Positions 59,027 to 64,000 of a DNA stretch of 64,000 nt are shown here, piece by piece. A program made the position numbers and the translations under genes. The stretch lies in the IMG/VR virus record IMGVR_UViG_3300023180_000040, positions 1 to 64,000 of that record; one strand, given 5' to 3'. The notes beneath the pieces were generated by a model. The model was not told the origin of the DNA. It was given only the letters and a program-made list of their open reading frames with translations, and did not search any database. Position 1 is the stretch's first letter, and each line of letters begins with the position of its first letter. This DNA is from an uncultured virus (IMG/VR IMGVR_UViG_3300023180_000040). Lineage: Duplodnaviria > Heunggongvirae > Uroviricota > Caudoviricetes.

Positions 59027-59236
59027 GTGAGTAATAATAACAATAATCGTAAGCGTCGTAAGAACGAAGGTTGGACAGCATACAAACAGTACCCTCGTTC
59101 TGTCTGTATTACAGTTTACGATATGCAAGGGAATCCAATTTCAGATGATATTGTAAAAAAGATTGTTTCCCACGCAGAAGATTCAATTAAGTCAGATAAT
59201 TTTAATAGTCTTGCTATTGCTGTAAACAAAGGATAA
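59027..59236 (+). CDS. Hypothetical protein
   Basis: AGGAG RBS, GTG start. Confidence 0.55.
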   Translation: MSNNNNNRKRRKNEGWTAYKQYPRSVCITVYDMQGNPISDDIVKKIVSHAEDSIKSDNFNSLAIAVNKG

Positions 59237-59242
59237 GTAAAA

Positions 59243-59515
59243 ATGACAGTTATTAAAGTTAGTGTTGGGTTAACTTCAAAGGTTACAAATCCTCGTAATC
59301 AGTATGAGAATGTTGTTTTTTCAAGGACATTTGGGCACGAAGAGCCTTTGGCTCCTAGACCTGATGATCCAGAGGATCAAGTAACTTATGATGAGTATGT
59401 TCGTGTTCGTCGTGCAGAGATTGAAGAAGAACTTAGGGTTCATGCTGAACAATCTATTCAGAATGAAATTGATGACTTTTATGAGAACATGACTGCGGGT
59501 GAGAGCGAAGAATGA
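59243..59515 (+). CDS. Hypothetical protein
   Basis: 90-aa coupled ORF. Confidence 0.6.
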   Translation: MTVIKVSVGLTSKVTNPRNQYENVVFSRTFGHEEPLAPRPDDPEDQVTYDEYVRVRRAEIEEELRVHAEQSIQNEIDDFYENMTAGESEE

Positions 59516-60078
59516 TAATCGGATTGCATGGGGTGCAAAGAGCAGGAAAAGATACTGTGTATAATTTAATACAGTCAGAGTATCCTGATGCAATTAGATT
59601 TGCTTTTGCAGATAAGATTAAAGAAAGTCTAGCGGCTCTGTTTGGAATTTCAGTTAGAGAAATTGATATTCTAAAAAGAGAAGGCGCAATGTTTAAAGTT
59701 GAAAGTGAAAACTACGAACATTCATATACTTGGAGAAGTTTTGCTCAAAGATATGGAACCGAAGCACATAGAGAAATCTTTGGTGAAGATTTTTGGGTAG
59801 ATAAAGTTTTGCCTCGCCCTAATAAAAGAGGAATAAAATCTCATAATAATAAATTGTGGATCATTACTGATGTTCGTTTTTCTAATGAAGCGTTAAGAAT
59901 TAGAGAACTAGGTGGGAAGATAGTTAGTTTAAAAAGACCTGATCTACAAAATATTGACAATCATGTTTCAGAGAACAGTTTAAATAACTACTTTGTTGAT
60001 TATGAATTGGTAAACGATGGTTCTTTGGAGCAGTTAAAAGAAAGGGCAATTAAAATAGTTGAGGATATTATGGATTGA
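59512..60078 (+). CDS. Deoxynucleoside monophosphate kinase
   Basis: 'IIGLHGVQRAGKDT', 'FADKIK', 'QRYGTE', 'ITDVRFSNE', 'HVSE'. Confidence 0.88.
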   Translation: MIIGLHGVQRAGKDTVYNLIQSEYPDAIRFAFADKIKESLAALFGISVREIDILKREGAMFKVESENYEHSYTWRSFAQRYGTEAHREIFGEDFWVDKVLPRPNKRGIKSHNNKLWIITDVRFSNEALRIRELGGKIVSLKRPDLQNIDNHVSENSLNNYFVDYELVNDGSLEQLKERAIKIVEDIMD

Positions 60079-60104
60079 TTCAATTATTTATCTAGGTACT
60101 TACA

Positions 60105-60491
60105 ATGTCTATAGATGGAAATGAATTCGATAAAATGTTTGATCCAGAAATGGTTCATGAGTTTAGAAGTCAATTTAATGAATTACAACTAGAAAGACAA
60201 AAAGAGATTTATGAAAACAATCCTGAAGAAAAATGGTTTGTAGATTTTGCTTCTGCACTAGGTACTCAGGGTGTTGTTTTTCATAGGACAGAAGAACAAG
60301 AAGATATTATCTTTGTTCAACTCTTGACAAGAATAAAAGATAAAGAATCAGTAGAACAAATTAGTATAAATGAAATTGAAGAATATATGTCAATTGGTGT
60401 GCCAGCCGAAGCAGTTGCCGCTGCTATTCGCGCTGGCCTTTTAAGTTCGGTATTCCAATTTTGGAGAAATGTTGGAGAGGATTATGCGTAG
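60105..60491 (+). CDS. Hypothetical protein
   Basis: 128-aa ORF. Confidence 0.55.
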   Translation: MSIDGNEFDKMFDPEMVHEFRSQFNELQLERQKEIYENNPEEKWFVDFASALGTQGVVFHRTEEQEDIIFVQLLTRIKDKESVEQISINEIEEYMSIGVPAEAVAAAIRAGLLSSVFQFWRNVGEDYA

Positions 60492-60708
60492 AATAAATAT
60501 TGTTGTTGATAATCAATTAGATGATGAACTACCTCATCACTTGACTGTAGATGCCACAGACCGTATTGAAGTTATTATAGATGAATATGGTGTAAGAGCA
60601 AGGTCAGATGGTGAAAAATTTGATACAATAAAAGAAGAGGCTGTTTATCCAGATGTTGTTTTTGACAATCAGTTGGAATTGTTTTCAAGCAAGCCTTGGC
60701 AGATATAA
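60484..60708 (+). CDS. Hypothetical protein
   Basis: GGAGAGG RBS. Confidence 0.55.
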   Translation: MRRINIVVDNQLDDELPHHLTVDATDRIEVIIDEYGVRARSDGEKFDTIKEEAVYPDVVFDNQLELFSSKPWQI

Positions 60709-60720
60709 AGAAAGGTAAAT

Positions 60721-60981
60721 ATGTCAGAAGAAGAGAACAAGGAAGAGTTAGGCGGTAAAAACGTTTCCGTAGGCATTACAGAACATCCTCTGTACGGATT
60801 AGGTGTAAGGCTTATGGTTACAGATATAAATAATAATAAGAGCGAAGTATTTCTTACTGTTGATGAAGCAATAAACCTTGCTGGAAGATTTTCAAGTGTT
60901 GCAAATCTTTCATTTGTGTTAAGTCAAATTGCTTCATTGATGCAAGGAGTAGGCGCAGACCCTAAAATTATTTCACCATAA
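60721..60981 (+). CDS. Hypothetical protein
   Basis: GAAAGG RBS. Confidence 0.55.
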   Translation: MSEEENKEELGGKNVSVGITEHPLYGLGVRLMVTDINNNKSEVFLTVDEAINLAGRFSSVANLSFVLSQIASLMQGVGADPKIISP

Positions 60982-60990
60982 GGAATTAAG

Positions 60991-61263
60991 ATGAGTGATA
61001 AAGAGATTAGAGTAAGAGACATAGATCCTGTTAGGGATGGTATTCCAGAAGGAACTACTAATGGTCCTTTGAAATATCTTGGAACAGATATGCATTCTCG
61101 CAAGATTATGGAAGGTAAATTCTTTTCTAATGTTGCTCCCCGTAATTTTGGTAAAGATGCTCTACCTAAAGAAGAATGGTTTTGTAACAGAGAGGACTGT
61201 GCTGGACCACACAGACATTATTTAACTCGTTGTTCTAAATGTGGCGATAGGAGGCCATTTTGA
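60991..61263 (+). CDS. Small zinc-finger protein (RanBP2-like pattern)
   Basis: 'WFCNREDC...RCSKCGDRRP'. Confidence 0.6.
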   Translation: MSDKEIRVRDIDPVRDGIPEGTTNGPLKYLGTDMHSRKIMEGKFFSNVAPRNFGKDALPKEEWFCNREDCAGPHRHYLTRCSKCGDRRPF

Positions 61264-62114
61264 TTTGGGATAAGTTCATTAATAATAAAAAACTGAATTA
61301 TTCTAAACATATTGAATCAGATATTTATTCAGATACAAGTCCTATAACATATAGAACTGTTATTGAAGGAAAATATTCTAGAATCTTTATGGGGCATCCT
61401 AGAATTGTTCCTATTCAAACTTCAAGACCTTATTGGGATCTAAATGAAATCCCTTCATCTTTTAAACAGTTGTCGGCAGAGTTTGATCATAGCATTGAAT
61501 ATGATGCCACTCTAGAAGAGCAGGTTCCTGTATTTGCCGGAAGGGTTTGTTATCAATCCTTTGGGGACAAGGCAGGACGCAAAAGTGCTTCTGAATATCT
61601 AGAGCATATTATGGAAGTTGGTCATTACTCTATTCTAGAGCATTCAAGTGTTACATTATATTTTGATCGTGTTCCTAGATTTTGGAGCCATGAACAAGTA
61701 AGGCATCGTCATTTCAATTATTCTCAGTTGTCTCAAAGGTTTTATGTTCCAGACAAGGTTGAGTTAGTTATCCCTCCTGCTTTGTGGGAAGAAAAAGATA
61801 TTGAACAGGAGTTTCATGAATATGGGGAAAGTTTGGGCAAGAAGTATTTTGGTAAACTTAATGATCTTTATAACCTTATTGGTACGGAGTCTTTTTCTCT
61901 CAAAAAGAAGAGTAGAGAAGCAGCCAGAGCAATATTACCAGAATGTACAGAAACTAAAATCGTGGTCACAGGAAACTTCCGATCATGGTACGAGTATCTA
62001 CAAAAAAGAAATACACCGGAAGCAGACGCAACCTTCCAAGAAGTCGCAAGAATTGTACAATCGCGCCTCGCAAGAATTGCGCCTCACATATTTAAGGAGG
62101 AAGAACGTGGGTAA
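61260..62114 (+). CDS. thyX: Flavin-dependent thymidylate synthase
   Basis: 'AGRVCYQS', 'GHYSILEH', 'RHRHFNYSQLSQR', 'REAARAILP', 'GNFRSW'. Confidence 0.93.
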   Translation: MIWDKFINNKKLNYSKHIESDIYSDTSPITYRTVIEGKYSRIFMGHPRIVPIQTSRPYWDLNEIPSSFKQLSAEFDHSIEYDATLEEQVPVFAGRVCYQSFGDKAGRKSASEYLEHIMEVGHYSILEHSSVTLYFDRVPRFWSHEQVRHRHFNYSQLSQRFYVPDKVELVIPPALWEEKDIEQEFHEYGESLGKKYFGKLNDLYNLIGTESFSLKKKSREAARAILPECTETKIVVTGNFRSWYEYLQKRNTPEADATFQEVARIVQSRLARIAPHIFKEEERG

Positions 62115-62379
62115 TATGATGGAACCTATGGGAGAAGGTAGGAACCCAGAAGAAGAGTTAAAGGGATGGATGAACAGAAGTGCTTGGCAGGCAGACGAAA
62201 GGCATATCCCCGGTAAGTGTCATATCAAGGGAGATAAACTTCATGTAATCGCCAAGACAAAGAAGAAGGGTCTTTCTATTTGGGCTTCCGAAAAGTCAGA
62301 TGGTGATTTATATAAACTTGCTTCTCGTTCTGATCAAGAAAAACAACATTGGAATGAGAATAACGAATTCTTAAAGTAA
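62107..62379 (+). CDS. Hypothetical protein
   Basis: AAGGAGG RBS before the GTG at 62107. Confidence 0.6.
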   Translation: MGNMMEPMGEGRNPEEELKGWMNRSAWQADERHIPGKCHIKGDKLHVIAKTKKKGLSIWASEKSDGDLYKLASRSDQEKQHWNENNEFLK

Positions 62380-62658
62380 ATGTCAGAAGATAATCCTTGG
62401 CGGTTCTATACTGCTGAACATCTTTGGAATAGATTGATAGAAGTTTCAGAAAAAAAAGAAATTATTGAGAACAAGTTGTTCATATATTCTCAACTAATCA
62501 ATCTATTTATCCAAAGGGATGAAGCCATGAGAAGGCTTGCAACAGCAGAAACAGAAAGAATAAAAGAAGTTATACTTGACAATGTTGGGATAATAAATCA
62601 ACAAATAGAAAGTCTAATGGTTAATTTAGAAATAAGTGAGGAACAGAATTATGAATGA
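62380..62658 (+). CDS. Hypothetical protein
   Basis: 92-aa coupled ORF. Confidence 0.55.
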   Translation: MSEDNPWRFYTAEHLWNRLIEVSEKKEIIENKLFIYSQLINLFIQRDEAMRRLATAETERIKEVILDNVGIINQQIESLMVNLEISEEQNYE

Positions 62659-63106
62659 TGATTTTCAAAACGAAGATAGTGAACCACAAATTGGCCCACT
62701 AAATCAAGAACAGTTTATGATGTTTGTCAAGGCTAATTCAGATGAAGCGAAAACTATGTCTATGGAAAAGACAAGTGCTGTTGTTGCTGAAGGCATCTAT
62801 CGCCTCTGCATGAGCGTTGGAGAAGAGATAGACTCATTTATTATGCAAGTTGATGCTGAAGAAATGTCTGAAATAGCCAAGACAAAGCCGGGCAGCGAAA
62901 TGATGCGCCTTGTTTCTATCTTTGGAGACTCAATAGTAATGATTATTGAATCTATAAATCATCTAAAAGAAAACTTTGATGAATTCGATCAGTTCGTTAA
63001 AGAGTTCAGAACAAATGTCAAACAAAGACTACATGAACAGGAAGAAAGTTTTATACAAGAATTCGTAGACTCTATTCCTGATTCTCCTGATGAATTATTA
63101 AGTTAA
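62651..63106 (+). CDS. Hypothetical protein
   Basis: GAGG RBS, acidic helical ORF. Confidence 0.55.
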   Translation: MNDDFQNEDSEPQIGPLNQEQFMMFVKANSDEAKTMSMEKTSAVVAEGIYRLCMSVGEEIDSFIMQVDAEEMSEIAKTKPGSEMMRLVSIFGDSIVMIIESINHLKENFDEFDQFVKEFRTNVKQRLHEQEESFIQEFVDSIPDSPDELLS

Positions 63107-63355
63107 TTATGCTCGTCTAATTACTTGCACGTTGGGAATCATACCATCTGCCACGCAATAAAAGTTATTATATCTATCAATTGAATCTTCTTTTAAAGAC
63201 TTGCAAGCAAGAGTTCCACTTATTTTAACTTCCCGATTTTTTGGGTTAAAAGATTCTGTGGTCTTTTTATTTGTCACAAAATACTTTATCTCTTCACTAA
63301 AACCCTTATAGATAATTGTATCTCCAGCATTAATGTTTCTAATTGACTCACTCAT
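63107..63355 (-). CDS. Hypothetical protein
   Basis: AAGGAGG RBS before MSESIRN. Confidence 0.6.
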   Translation of the reverse strand: MSESIRNINAGDTIIYKGFSEEIKYFVTNKKTTESFNPKNREVKISGTLACKSLKEDSIDRYNNFYCVADGMIPNVQVIRRA

Positions 63356-63642
63356 TTCTTTTCCTCCTTTTTGAGTTCTATCCATATCTTAAATGCATTA
63401 TCTCTAGTATTCTCTAGTGTTTTATATCGTGTTTTGTAAAAACGTAGACGCTGATTTAGTTTGCTGTATATCTGATATTGGACAGCAATAATATTATTAT
63501 CAACGGTCGGGTCATTGAAAGATGGTTTCTTTACAAGACTAACAATGTCAGATGCAACAACGTAATCAGCATAAGCCGAGTCTGTTAGTTCTACAAACTT
63601 TTCCCATGCTTTATAGAAGTGATTTGCTTTACTTGAATTCAT
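63352..63642 (-). CDS. Hypothetical protein
   Basis: 96-aa ORF, RBS GAAGGA. Confidence 0.55.
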   Translation of the reverse strand: MNSSKANHFYKAWEKFVELTDSAYADYVVASDIVSLVKKPSFNDPTVDNNIIAVQYQIYSKLNQRLRFYKTRYKTLENTRDNAFKIWIELKKEEKK

Positions 63643-63673
63643 ATAAAGTCCTTCTCAATTAAAATGACATAAA

Positions 63674-63695
63674 AGAGGGGGATTGCTCCCCCTCT
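63674..63695 (-). terminator. Intrinsic terminator
   Basis: AGAGGGGGA-GCAA-TCCCCCTCT-TTT on the minus strand after 63712. Confidence 0.7.
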
Positions 63696-63711
63696 CATTT
63701 TATACTTTTAT

Positions 63712-63999
63712 TTACTCGCCGTATGTGCGTCCAGCAACGCGATAATTGGTTCCCCTCTTCTTGCCAGCCTTAATGATCTTGTGGCCTCCGATAACCTTCT
63801 TCATAACAAGAGAATAGGTAGTGGGGTTCATCTTGACAGAATTAACAATATCGTTCTTATACATAGGCTTGTCTGACTTCTCAATCAGTTCTGTCACGGC
63901 CTTGACAAGTTCTGAGACTTCTTGTGCGCGGTTAGGCTCCATGCGGGCCACCTTACCCTTGCCGTTAGAACGCTTCTGAGAGGCTTCTGCCTTGGCCTC
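63712..63999 (-). CDS. Basic winged-helix-like DNA-binding protein, probably 5' partial
   Basis: Frame open to the window edge; 'MYKNDIVNSV...IIKAGKKRGTNYRV'. Confidence 0.5.
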   Translation of the reverse strand, partial: EAKAEASQKRSNGKGKVARMEPNRAQEVSELVKAVTELIEKSDKPMYKNDIVNSVKMNPTTYSLVMKKVIGGHKIIKAGKKRGTNYRVAGRTYGE

Positions 64000-64000
64000 C

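Noticed and set aside
10388..59593. Numerous 60-150 aa antisense or alternate-frame ORFs inside long genes and tRNAs
   Set aside because: They shadow well-supported genes and lack RBS or motifs.
61801..62106. 5' extension of the 192-aa ORF overlapping thyX
   Set aside because: A strong RBS and GTG at 62107 give a normal start; the extension is an alternate frame of thyX.

Overview
A 64-kb slice of a large, AT-rich tailed phage genome, probably a myovirus. Gene content and order resemble Bxz1/cluster-C-like actinophages, which is inferred from recall and not from a search. Left to right: baseplate and tail-collar genes; a minus-strand RNA cluster (11 tRNAs and a tmRNA, none with encoded CCA) interspersed with glf, a deaminase, a TrmH-type methyltransferase, class II RNR and dUTPase; three large modular proteins (repeat protein, NTase-PcfJ-like, CCA-enzyme-SWIM); a lysis cassette; tail and fibre genes with a 2-kb high-GC insert; a full replication/recombination module; terminase; two more large acidic modular proteins; portal; phosphoesterase, dNMP kinase and ThyX. 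The most notable signals are: (1) a recurring hydrophobic-x-[KR]-x-[AS] motif at domain boundaries of the large proteins and portal, suggesting protease-processed virion cargo polyproteins that include a tRNA-repair enzyme; (2) a self-contained translation-support kit biased to A-ending codons; (3) apparent genome-wide avoidance of AGCT and CCWGG.
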